Source of the DNA: Macrostomum lignano
Lineage: Eukaryota
Direction of reading: 5' to 3'
Length of the DNA stretch: 64,000 nucleotides
Assembly: GCA_002269645.1 (NCBI GenBank)
Contig: NIVC01000016.1
Coordinates: 620,001 to 684,000 of the forward strand
The first letter of the stretch is position 1. Each line of letters begins with the position of its first letter. A model generated the notes under the pieces. That model was given only the letters and a program-made list of their open reading frames with translations, did not search any database and had not been told where the DNA came from. Both the position numbers and the translations under genes were made by a program. Positions 27,807 through 38,743 of the stretch are shown one piece after another.

Positions 27807-28017
27807 CTAATTCACACCGATTTGATAAACAATAATAAATAACAAGCTACAATTCACACCGATTTGATAAACAATAATAAATAACAAGCTACAATTCACA
27901 CCGATTTGATAAACAATAATAAATAACAAGCTACAATTCACACCGATTTGATAAACAATAATAAATAACAAGCTACAATTCACACCGATTTGATAAACAA
28001 TAATAAATAACAAGCTA
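27807..28017. repeat. 42-bp tandem repeat (about 5 copies) starting just after the SmF stop codon
   Basis: AATTCACACCGATTTGATAAACAATAATAAATAACAAGCTAC repeated essentially perfectly. Confidence 0.97.
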
Positions 28018-28021
28018 CGAC

Positions 28022-28285
28022 TTAATCAGCTTCGATATCCTCTTCCTCGTCGGCAGCCCGAATGTACAGGACATTGTTGCAGCGGATTAGCATCTCGCCC
28101 AGGTGACCTGTCTGGCATCCATCAATAAACTCCTCAGCGTTAGCTAATTGCAGGTTCATGTAGGAATCAACGGACACTAAAAAGCCTTTGTATTCCATGC
28201 CCCACTTCAATTTGACAACAACAGCTTTGCCAGTCAGACTGGCAAGGAATGGCTTGGGGTTGATAGTTGTCACTCCTGCAGACAT
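28022..28285 (-). CDS. SNRPF: Small nuclear ribonucleoprotein F (SmF), 87 aa, no intron in the CDS
   Basis: [49 protein letters not shown]...[14 protein letters not shown] is the diagnostic SmF Sm1/Sm2 sequence. Confidence 0.97.
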   Translation of the reverse strand: MSAGVTTINPKPFLASLTGKAVVVKLKWGMEYKGFLVSVDSYMNLQLANAEEFIDGCQTGHLGEMLIRCNNVLYIRAADEEEDIEAD

Positions 28286-31283
28286 GTTGCCGCTTAGCAT
28301 GCAAGCAGATTGAAAAAAACATATTTTTAGACATCATAAGGTTGTTGCATTTGCGGCAAGATAAGGTTTAATGTGTAGCGTCATAGGTTTTTTGTGGCAT
28401 AGTGTGTCATTGACTAATTTACTTTTTGACACCCAGTTTTTTCAAGCTAGATGCTATTAAGTTCCAGTTCCATGTACTTTAATTTGAGGTATCATTTCAT
28501 TCTACCATTGCTTGATTCTCATGTCGAGACTTCTTGAATTGATCAATTATGCATTGACTGGCCCAAGATATGGGATTTAAAGTTTTTAACTCAGATCACA
28601 GATAATAAAAATCCCTAAAAATAGAACAAGATAAGCAGTATACTTTTCAACAGAGTTGCAATAAAACACAACATTTTTCAAAAAATTAATGTCAAAAGCA
28701 ACCAATATTAGTAATTTTCTGCAATAATCTAGTATTATAAGAATATAAGAATTAGTTATAAACAATGGCTTTGATTTGCACTAGGCTTGCACTTGAGCAA
28801 ACTGGCTTTAGTGCCCAAGCATGCTATTCTGTGCACCCCCTGCTGCATGTGTACACTCTGTCTTGTTTTGGTTAGGTGGGAGCCCACCCCTCCATTGGTA
28901 GGGGCATTTTATTCTTACATGCTGAGCAGGTAGTGTTAAATTTAAATATAAAAATATAAATAAAATATAAATATATGTTAATATATTTATAATAATATGT
29001 TTATAAAAATTTATATGTTTATAAAAATATGTTAAATATAAAAATAACAAATATACTGATTGATTTATACATATATGTATAATGCCATTGCTAAGACAAT
29101 TATTTTTTCTAGTTGGGCCATATATACAATATTTGTGGAAGGCCTTTTTATACAAAGTGTAAAAAATATTAACTTTCCATATATCTAATAGAAAGTTAGA
29201 TAAGAATTCTAAAATCTGTGCAAGATTCTATATAGAAAACTAGTTTTTCTATTTGTATATTAAAAAATCTTGTTTAAAAACCAACTGCATAATCTAATCA
29301 TTGGTCTCAAGGCAAAAGTTAAAACCCATATCACACAATAACCAAGAATATAAAAATCCTAGAAATGCTTAACTACCATATAATTCAATTACTGGCTATG
29401 AGGCAAATATGATGCTGATCAACTTTTCCTCTATGCTAGTGATGTCACTTTATCACTGGTGGGGGAGTGTGGCAACAAAGTGGTTCAATGTATGTTTTTA
29501 GTATATGTACATTCTCATCTAAGATTTCAAATTGATCAGTGCTTTTTTTTATTTCCTATCTTACTCTTGGAATATATATTGCTGCATTAGTCTACACCTA
29601 TATATTTATCACTTTAGCTTTCAACTTAGCTACAAATATAAGTGCAGGTGGTCAGTGGCTAGGAGTAGAATCATAGTTTTTGTTTTCTTTGCGTGTCATA
29701 AGTTTGCAAACCTCAAATGGCTTAGCAAATTCTCTACAAACCTATTCTATAAGCAAACTGTTGCTAAGGTTCAGTTTTCTAGCTACCTAAATAAAGCTCC
29801 ACAAAGCCTCAAGGATATATCACATAGCATGCCAGCTTAATAAAAAACAAAAAATAGCAAGTAATAATCCTAGTGCTTAAAATCTTTCCTTGTGTCTTCT
29901 TTTCCAAGCTTTTAACTATTGCTATATAATACTAACATAAGTTTTTTGCTAATGTTGTATATTGTAATACTTGCTATTTATAACTATGTATATGCCTTTA
30001 TAGATATCTCATTTCTTTGATAGAAAATTTTTATATTTAAAATGCTTAAGTAGTATTTTTAACATTTTTTTTATTTTTTTATGAACAAACTATTAAAAAA
30101 ATAATTTCTAGTGTGTCTAATGTGACTCTGATAGTTTAAAAACTAGATATAATAGGTTTTTTCTTATTATCTTCTGCTTATATGCCAGAAAGACTTTCTA
30201 ACACACTGGCCTCCAAAGGCCTTATTATGAATATGAGACTTATAATCTTAAAATTCTCTTTATATTGCAAATTATTCAAGATAATATATTTTATAGTCAA
30301 GCAAGCAAATTAGTTAACAAAATACAAAGCAATGTATAGTTTGCATGAGATAAGGTTATTGCTTGAGTAATTTTCTCTGTGCTAATGTTAAGCAACTACA
30401 ATCTCTATTATCCTTTGACCAAGATATATAGGATATATAAAAGGAACAAAAATTAGAAAGATCAATATTAGCAGTTTTATAGGCCTATGTTTTTAATGCA
30501 ATTAAAAATTATAAAAATGCATAATAGGCCTAATATATATATTAGCTAAATTGAAACTAATGCCAAGATAAAATATTTGCATGGAAATTTTGAAAGAAAG
30601 TTACATATAGCATAAAACTTTTTGAGCAAGTCTTTTACATTTGAATTTTGTTTGTAACTTTTAAGTTTTTTACAATAAAATATAATTATAAATCTGTATA
30701 CTAAAAATGAACCTTATCTAACTAAAATAAAAAATAAATTTATAATTCTTTCTTCAATGCTTAAACTTTGTTTTTAATGTAACAAGTATAATATGCAAGA
30801 TTTTTAATGAAATAACAATTTTTATAGTTATATAAATCCTATACAAATTTTATGATTGCGCAAGTTTATTAGAATCATATGAATAACTTTTGCACAAGTG
30901 TACAAATTTTTGTTACCACACAAAATGCATTTAGGATTTTATATAAAAATTTTGCCCTGGAAATAATGTCTATTTTCAAGATGCTATCAAACCAAGATTG
31001 AATTTTTGTATTAAATCCTAGACATATTCTGTGTGCACCGACAAAACTTAGTGCATTTTTAACACATTTCTGACAAACTTGTGCATTTTTATATATATTT
31101 CTGGCAAACTTGTGCAATTTTAAAAAGTTTAAGTGCAGAACTTTGATTTGTTAAAAAACTTGCATGATTTTATTTGAAAATATTGAATAATGCATTTGTT
31201 TTAGTAAAACAAAGTTATTGCACTTAAAAGAAAAACTTTCAATAAGACAATATTTTCTTTAACAAAAAATTAGCATGTAATTT

Positions 31284-31982
31284 CCAAGGACGACTTAAGT
31301 AGAAGGACGGGAAACCTCGTTTCTTAGAAAAGTTTTGAAGGCACTTTTCCCCGAAAAAATACACTACGGAGATAGGAAGTTTTCATTTTTTCAGCACAAA
31401 AATTGTTATTGTGTTTGATAGGAGGCAGATCCAGTGTTCATCTTTTGATATGTTGTGCCTTTTTATTGCTCTATCGATATTTATAAAGCTTTTCATTCAG
31501 AAAATTAGGATTCTATGTTAATTTTTGATTCTACGTATATTTCCTGTATCTAAAAATCACAAAAATGCATGACACAGCTTCAATATTTGGTTTTATGAAC
31601 CTATTTTATCATCTCTGTTACAAATATTTGCTACACAGTTGGGTAAGAATGATAAAATAGACTCATAAAACCAAAGAGCCGAGCCGTGGCATTCTAATGT
31701 ATTTCAAGCACAAGACACGCAAAAATATACGAAGAATAAAAAATTAACATAGAATCCTAATTTCCTGAACGAAAAGCTTTATAAATATCGATAGAGCAAT
31801 AAAAAAGGCACAACATATCAAAAGATGAACACTGGATCTGCCTCCTATCAAACGCAATAACAATTTTTGTGCTGAAAAAATGAAAACTTCCTATCTCTGT
31901 AGTGTATTTTTTCGGGAAAAAGTGCCTTCAAAACTTTTCTAAGAAACGAGGTTTCCTGTCCTTCTACTTAAGTCGTCCTTGG
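31284..31982. mobile_element. Non-autonomous foldback/MITE-like DNA transposon, 699 bp, about 250-bp near-identical TIRs, 6-bp TSD TAATTT
   Basis: Termini CCAAGGACGACTTAAGTAGAAGGAC...GTCCTTCTACTTAAGTCGTCCTTGG; TAATTT at 31278-31283 and 31983-31988; a further inner inverted repeat at about 31588-31615 / 31645-31675. Confidence 0.93.
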
Positions 31983-32224
31983 TAATTTCTTTTTATTGTA
32001 TATTAAAGGCTTTTTAAATTTTTTACATTATATTGCACATACATGCGCAACTGCTGGCCGACCTGGCCAATCCGGCCACCGTAAATTGTGGCTGACCAGG
32101 GGTAAGTCGCAAAATTGAGTCAACCAAAAACAGAAAAACACAAAAACCAAGAAAGGCAAGAGGAAAGCGAAAGAAAGAGCAGTTCAGGGAAAATGGTGAA
32201 GCAAAAGAAAAACAATTTGCAAAA

Positions 32225-32830
32225 GAAGCAAACTAAGTTGTAAAAATAATCAGGTAAGTGGCAAAAAGGATCAGGTAAGTCGCAAAAGAAGCAAACTAAG
32301 TCGCAAAAAGGATCAGGTAAGTCGCAAAAGGGTTAGGTAAGTTGCAAAAAGGATTAGGTAAGTCGCAAAAAGGATCAGGTAAGTCGTAAAAAGAATCAGG
32401 TAAGTCGCAAAAGGATCAGCTAAGTTGCAAAAGGATTAGGTAAGTCGCAAAAAGGATTAGGTAAGTCGCAAAAAGAATCAGGTAAGTCGCAAAAGGATCA
32501 GCTAAGTCGCAAAAGGATTAGGTAAGTCGCAAAAGGGTTAGGTAAGTCGCAAAAGGATTAGGTAAGTTGCAAAAAGAATCAGGTAAGTCGCAAAAAGGAT
32601 TAGGTAAGTCACAAAAAGGATTAAGTAAGTTGCAAAAAGGATTAGGTAAGTTGCAAAAGGGTTAGGTAAGTCGCAAAAGGATTAGGTAAGTCGCAAAAAG
32701 GATTAAGTAAGTCGCAAAAAGGATTAAGTAAGTCGCAAAGAGGATTAGGTAAGTCGCAAAAAGGATTAGGTAAGTTGCAAAAAGGATTAAGTAAGTCGCA
32801 AAAAGAAGCAACTAAGTCGCAATAAGAGGG
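32225..32830. repeat. Minisatellite, 21-22 bp unit AAAAGGATTAGGTAAGTCGC(A)
   Basis: Direct reading. Confidence 0.95.
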
Positions 32831-33079
32831 AAGTAAGTCACAATCAGAGGCAATCAGGGGGTAGTAGGTGCAAGTGTGGCAGGAGAGCAAAAACAGAATA
32901 GAAGCCTTCAACCACAGACAAGATCTTTGAAATCAGAAGCCCACGTCAACAGTTTCCCATTGATTTCTTAAACTCTGGAGCAGGGGTTGGCAAACTCTGG
33001 ATCGCAAAGCCCCTCTATCTGGTCCTCGCCCCTCGGGTTCTTTGAAACTTCCTAACTAGCAAGGTTGGTGTCTTTTCAA

Positions 33080-33770
33080 CTCTCATCTCTCTCTCTTCTT
33101 CTCTACCTTGCCTCCTCTCTTCTCTCTCTCCCCCCTTTTCTCTCTTCTCTCTCCTCTCATTTTTATTCTCCTCTCTTCTCCCCCTTTCTCTCTACCCTTT
33201 CTCCTCAATGCCCTCTTCTCTCCTCTTATCTTCAGCAAAAATATGTGCATATTTTCTTACTTCAAAGTAGAGGGAATAGAAGATTAGAGATAAGCAAACA
33301 GAGGAGAAGTGAGCGATGCGATGGGAGAAAAGATAGAAGAGGAGAGAAAAGCTGAGGGAGGAAAAAGAGATGAGAGAGAAGAGGAGATTAGAGGAAAGAG
33401 GAAAGAAAAGATTATGGATGAGATCAGAAGAGAGGAAAGAGGAAAGAGGAGAGAGTAGATGAGAGAAGAGAGGATAAAGAGGAGATGAGAGGAGAGTGAA
33501 GAGAGGAGAGATGAGAGAGTAGAAAAGAGAGGAGAGATAAGATGAGAGAGTAGAGTGGAAAGAGACGAGAGGGAAGATAAGATGAGAGTAGAGTGGAATG
33601 GAGAGATACGAGAGGGAAGATAAGAATGTAGAGAGGAGACAGAAGAGATAGGAAAGGAGAGGAAAGAGAGGAGAGAGGAGAGGAAAGAGAGAAGGGATAA
33701 GGGATGAGAGAGAAAAGAAAAAGAGGATAAGAAGATTGAGGAATGGAGAGAATTTGCAAAGGCCTCAAAT
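33080..33770. repeat. Low-complexity block: CT-rich tract (33080-33240) then AG-rich tract (33290-33770)
   Basis: Direct reading; no fixed unit. Confidence 0.85.
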
Positions 33771-34329
33771 CTTAGTTTAACATGCATTACTCCCATCTTT
33801 GCCTTTTTCCTAACTGTTAACAAGTTTTTGTTTGAGCATGACTTCAAATTTAGAATCTATGCAAAAATAGTTCCGGGAATTAGAATTCAGTGGTTTAAAA
33901 ATCTGTGGGTTTTCACAGCTTGTATCTCTACTGGATTCGTATTCTGCATCTGATGAGCCATCTGAATCAGGGCTCTCATCTTCCATGCCAAATTGTCTAG
34001 CAAATTGTTCTTGAGCTATAGGTCACACTGTATTCACTTCACTTACTTCTGGACATTCATGAATCATGACTTTTGTAGTATGCTCACTACACTGTACTGA
34101 CAATTTACTAATTGCTTCATGCCGCCACTAGAGGACATACTGATTAGCTGTTATAAAAACGCGGAATCTGCATGCAGCACTAATTAGCTGGTGAGGCATT
34201 TAGCTTTTAAAAATATGGTCATAGTTACTCCTGCCGTTTACCTAAAGTTTTTGCTTGGCTCTTTCATAGGTAAGTTGCATTTTTTATTGAAAACTAAGTC
34301 GCATGGCCAGCGTAATTTCAGAAGTTGCG

Positions 34330-35260
34330 CATGTATGATATTGCATTTTTATAAAGACAGTTGTTATTTGTTTGGTGACCAGACAAATAGCATTTTTACT
34401 ATTTAAATTGCTAACTGTTTAAATTGCTATTTGTTTTGTAATGAATATTCTAGATTTTTAAGAACTTTTCATGTATACTGATTAATATTTTGTTGTATAC
34501 TTGTGTATATATAAGAAAGCAGTGTATTCAATTTGGCATAATTTGGTATATAAGACATAATATAACAACATAATAATCAAAATATGAATAAGAAGTCTTT
34601 GAAGTCTAGGAATATTCACCCTTGTAGTTTCTATAAAGGCAGTTGTTATTGTTACGGTGACCATATAAATAGCAAGATGATTATTTTTAGGTTTAACACT
34701 TAAAACAAATACCATCTAAATGAAGTAACAAACTTGCTATGCAAATGCTATGTTGGTTAAATTAAAAAAATAAAGAAATGTTTTATTAATAAAAATGATG
34801 GTGACTTCTAGTGGTTTTTGTCATGGTAGCTCACCATGACACAGGTGACCTTGGGTAATTATTAACTATTACCTTGTAATTTAATAGAATTTTTTTCTAC
34901 ATGACTATAAAAATAGCCATTTTGCTTCCTACCTACGGTGACCATAAAAATAACAGTTTTGCTATTTAAAACTAAAAGGTTACATTAAATAAAGACCATA
35001 GGCCTACATAGTATCTTTTGAGTTAACCATAAAAATAACCATTTTGTTATTTATATGGTTACCATAACAATAACAACTGCCTTCTATAAAATAGATATTT
35101 TAGCATTATCAATTTAATTGTTTAAATAATAAAAAGCCTATTTGTCTGATATTAACCAGATGAACGAGAAAGCATGGCAATTATCCAGTAACCGGACAAA
35201 TAACCATATCACTATTTGTCCGGTCACTGGACAAATAACAACTGCCTATTATAAAACAGA
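34330..35260. mobile_element. Degenerate nested inverted-repeat (old foldback-like) element
   Basis: 34630-34690 is an inverted match to 35030-35090; 34345-34410 is an inverted match to 35120-35255 (motif GGCAGTTGTTATT...GTGACC). Confidence 0.5.
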
Positions 35261-36099
35261 CTCAAATTAAGTTTTATAGTTTTGAGGCCTATTTTTAAAA
35301 TAGAAAATTACTGCTTTTTGCATTTTTATTCAAAAAGTTGCATTAGGGCCTATACAGCATGAGCAAACTTTTTTTCTAGCACACAGTGTAAGCAAACTTT
35401 TTTGATAGGATTTTTTCTAGCGCATGGTGCAATCAAACTTTTAAATAGCATTTGTTCTAGTAGGGGTTTGCTATGATCTTGACTATAGATCTAGACTAGG
35501 AGGGGGGCTATGGCATTAAAAGAAAGTTATAAAATAAAAACGTGCATAATAATTTGTGCACAAATTTTTGTTTCACAATTGCCATGCGAATATTCTATCC
35601 TGGCTATTACTAGGCCTATCAGATATATTTGGCAAAAACATGTTGGCAATTAGCATATTAGAAATGAATATCAACTGAATATAATGCCTTTAAATAAATA
35701 GCAGACTTCCAATGCATTTCAGAATAACACGTAATAATCACACAGTTGCTTCTGCAATTTTCGTAAGTCAAAATAAATTAACTTAGAGTCGTTGGATCGA
35801 CATTAAGCTGCAAGTGTAACGTTTTCAAATTGGAATTCGTCAATGCAAATCAATAGCAAAAATGTAAAACAAATTAGAATGTATTTTTCTTCCATTAGGC
35901 ATAATCTACCCATGTATGATAAATTAAGCAGTTGTAATGTATTTTACATAGCTTCTATTGCAAATACAACCGGCAATTCAACCATTGTAGATAGAATCAC
36001 TTTTTCCGAGTTTCAGCAGCCGCTAAATTGAGTAACAAACAACCATTAATACACAGTACATTTCGTTTAAATGCATAGGGTTGACACAGTGCAAAAATG

Positions 36100-36480
36100 A
36101 AGATCTAGCATAGGAAAGTACACAACGCGGATAGGTTTTGATTTCTTAACACAAAAATTGTTACTACCTTTGATATACATGTAGGAGGCGGACTTACCTC
36201 TTGGTTTGTTTTGCTTTTCTTATAGCCCTGTACCTAAAAATCATAAATTATGGCACAGCTCGACACATTGGTTTAATGAATCTATTTTATCATCTATATT
36301 ATACATATTGTTACAGTCAGCTAAGAACGATAAAATGGATTTATAAAGCCAATGAGCCGAGCCGTGCCATTTAAAAGGTATTTCGGCACTGGGCATGTAC
36401 AATTTTACCTTATTTTGAAGTCGGTTTTCTTATTTCTCTTACATATATACTTAAATAAACTATTACATAAAGTAGACAGT
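36100..36480. mobile_element. Diverged relative of the 31284-31982 element (partial)
   Basis: Shares ACACAAAAATTGTTA and the central segment CTATTTTATCATCT...GATAAAAT...AAAGCCAATGAGCCGAGCCGTG. Confidence 0.6.
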
Positions 36481-37048
36481 AGCGGATTTATGGCGCCCCT
36501 CATTGAGTTCGATATTTTTATGGGTAATACATAACCGAAAAAATAATCAAAAGCAAAGTGCCTTACTAATCTGTGCAAAGTGCCAAAATGTGTATTCTTT
36601 GGGTCAAAAAATGCTGTGCCTAAAGGCAATGAGAATCGCTCGTGAATTGCGTGAACCTCCCAAGTTTGTAAGATACATACATATTTAAAATGCAATACAA
36701 AAAACGTTTAATTACTGCTGATGTAGTCATCAAAAACTTTATAACTACTTTGCTCTCTAGTATTCTAAAAATCCTTTATACATGTACAATTTTATCAGTA
36801 CTAGTAGTAAAATAAAGAAACAAGGGAAAACGCAGTAAAGTTATGTCAAAAGTCGTTTTTTAATACCAACTTTTCAGATTTTTTATTACAACGGCCAGGC
36901 AATAAAGTCCAACGCTATTTATCGAAAACCACTGCTTCAAATCAAAGGCCAACATTTCCACACAGGTGAACTCAGTAGCGAGCACCGATTTTAAGTCAAC
37001 TGTTTTGAGTAGTATAAAAAAGTCGCGCTTAAACCAACTCAATGCTGC

Positions 37049-38743
37049 TTATTCGGCCTTGGCTGAGGATCCGTCAAAGTTGCCAACCAACTCCGGTACA
37101 TCGTCCTCGTCGGCGGCGGCCGGGCCAGCACCGACTGCCGATTCGTCGTCGGCCTCACCGTCGGCTTTCGGAGCACCAGAGCCTGTAGAAGCACGGGTTT
37201 CATTCACGGGTTTGAAGGGATCATTCCCTTCAGTATCGGGATCATTCCCTTCAGTATCGGGATCATTCCCTTCAGTATCGGGATCATTCCCTTCAGTATC
37301 GGGATCATTCACTTGAGAATCGAGGGATTATTCACTTCAGTATCGGGATCATTCCTTTCAGTATCGGGATCATTCCCTTCAGTATCGGGATCATCCACGT
37401 CAGTATCGGGACCATTCACCTGAGAATCGGAGGATTATTCACTTCAGTATCGGGACCATTCACTTCAGAGTCTGGATTATTCACTTTATGCTCGGGACCA
37501 TTCACATCAGTATCGGGAACATTCACTTCAGAGTCCGGATTACTCACTTCAGAGTCGGGATTACTCACTTCATGATCGGGACCATTCACTTTAGAATCGG
37601 CATTATTCACTTTATGATCCGGACCATTCACATCAGAATCGGGATTATTCACTTTATGCTAGGGACCATTCACTTGAGAATCGGGATTGTTCACTTCATA
37701 ATCGGGACCATTCACTTCAGAGTCGGGATTACTCACTTCATGATCGGGATCATTCACTTTAGAATCGGAATTATTCACTTCATTATCGGGACCATTCACT
37801 TAAGAATCGGCATTATTCACTTCATGATCGGGACCATTCACATCAGAATCGGGATTATTCACTTTATGCTAGGGACCATTCACTTGAGAATCGGGATTGT
37901 TCACTTCATAATCGGGACCATTCACTTTATGATCGGGATCATTCACTTGATGATCGGGATCAATCACTTCATAATCGGAATCATTCACTTCATGATCGGG
38001 ATCATTCACTTCAGGATCGGGATCATTCACTTCATGATCGGGATAATTCCCTTCAGGATCGGGATCATTCACTTCAAGATCGGGATCATTCACTTCATGA
38101 TCGGGATCATTCACTTCAGGATCGGGATCATTCACTTCATGATCGGGATCATTCACTTCAGGATCGGGGTCATTCACTTCAGGATCGGGATCATTCACTT
38201 CATGATCGGGATCATTCACTTCAGGATCGGGATCATTCACTTCAGGATCGGGGTCATTCACTTCAGGATCGGAATCATTCACTTCAGGATCGGGGTCATT
38301 CACTTCAGGATCGGGATCATTCACTTCAGGATCGGGGTCATTCACTTCAGGATCGGGATCGTCCACTCACCAAATTTCGTAGCCAGCTTCTTTAAGTTAG
38401 CAAAGTTCTCCGGGCCCAGCTGATTCCAGATGCTGGGCAGCAGCTCAGTCAGATTCTTAACCTCAGACTGGCCACTAATGGCGAAAGTGTTGGACTGCAG
38501 CGAGGCCTGCACTTTCGGATTGTTGAAGTGGATCACTTCGCCGCTGTCCTTGAACATGTTGACCTCCTCGATGCCCGGTATGGAGCTGACTGCCAGCTTC
38601 TTTAAAGTTGTGGTGACCTTGCGCTCGTCAGTAGCATTGTTCTTGTGAATAACCTTCTTCTTGCGGCGGGCGGATCCTTTGCCTCCGATGCGAATCGAGT
38701 CCACCTGAGCCTTCAGCTTGTCAATCTTGGCCTGCCGATCCAT
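37049..38743 (-). CDS. BTF3: Nascent polypeptide-associated complex beta subunit / BTF3, 168 aa, 2 coding exons (38743-38371, 37182-37049)
   Basis: [48 protein letters not shown]...NTFAISG...[14 protein letters not shown], and C-terminal [13 protein letters not shown]; phase-1 intron G|GTGAGT...CTACAG. Confidence 0.97.
37205..38360. repeat. Minisatellite, 21-bp unit GATCATTCACTTCAGGATCGG, filling nearly the whole BTF3 intron
   Basis: Direct reading; most homogeneous near 38000-38360. Confidence 0.95.

Noticed and set aside
27807-28017. CRISPR-like look: 42-bp exact repeats
   Set aside because: No spacers between copies.
32320-32700. Telomere-like GGGTTAGG / GATTAGG strings
   Set aside because: Embedded in a 21-22 bp unit, not tandem TTAGGG.
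35185-35240. Helitron 3' hairpin
   Set aside because: Not followed by CTRR at the expected distance.
37416-38423. Repeat ORFs including an acidic DPDPEVN frame on the BTF3 strand
   Set aside because: They lie inside the BTF3 intron; read-through from the preceding exon stops after EWTIPILK.
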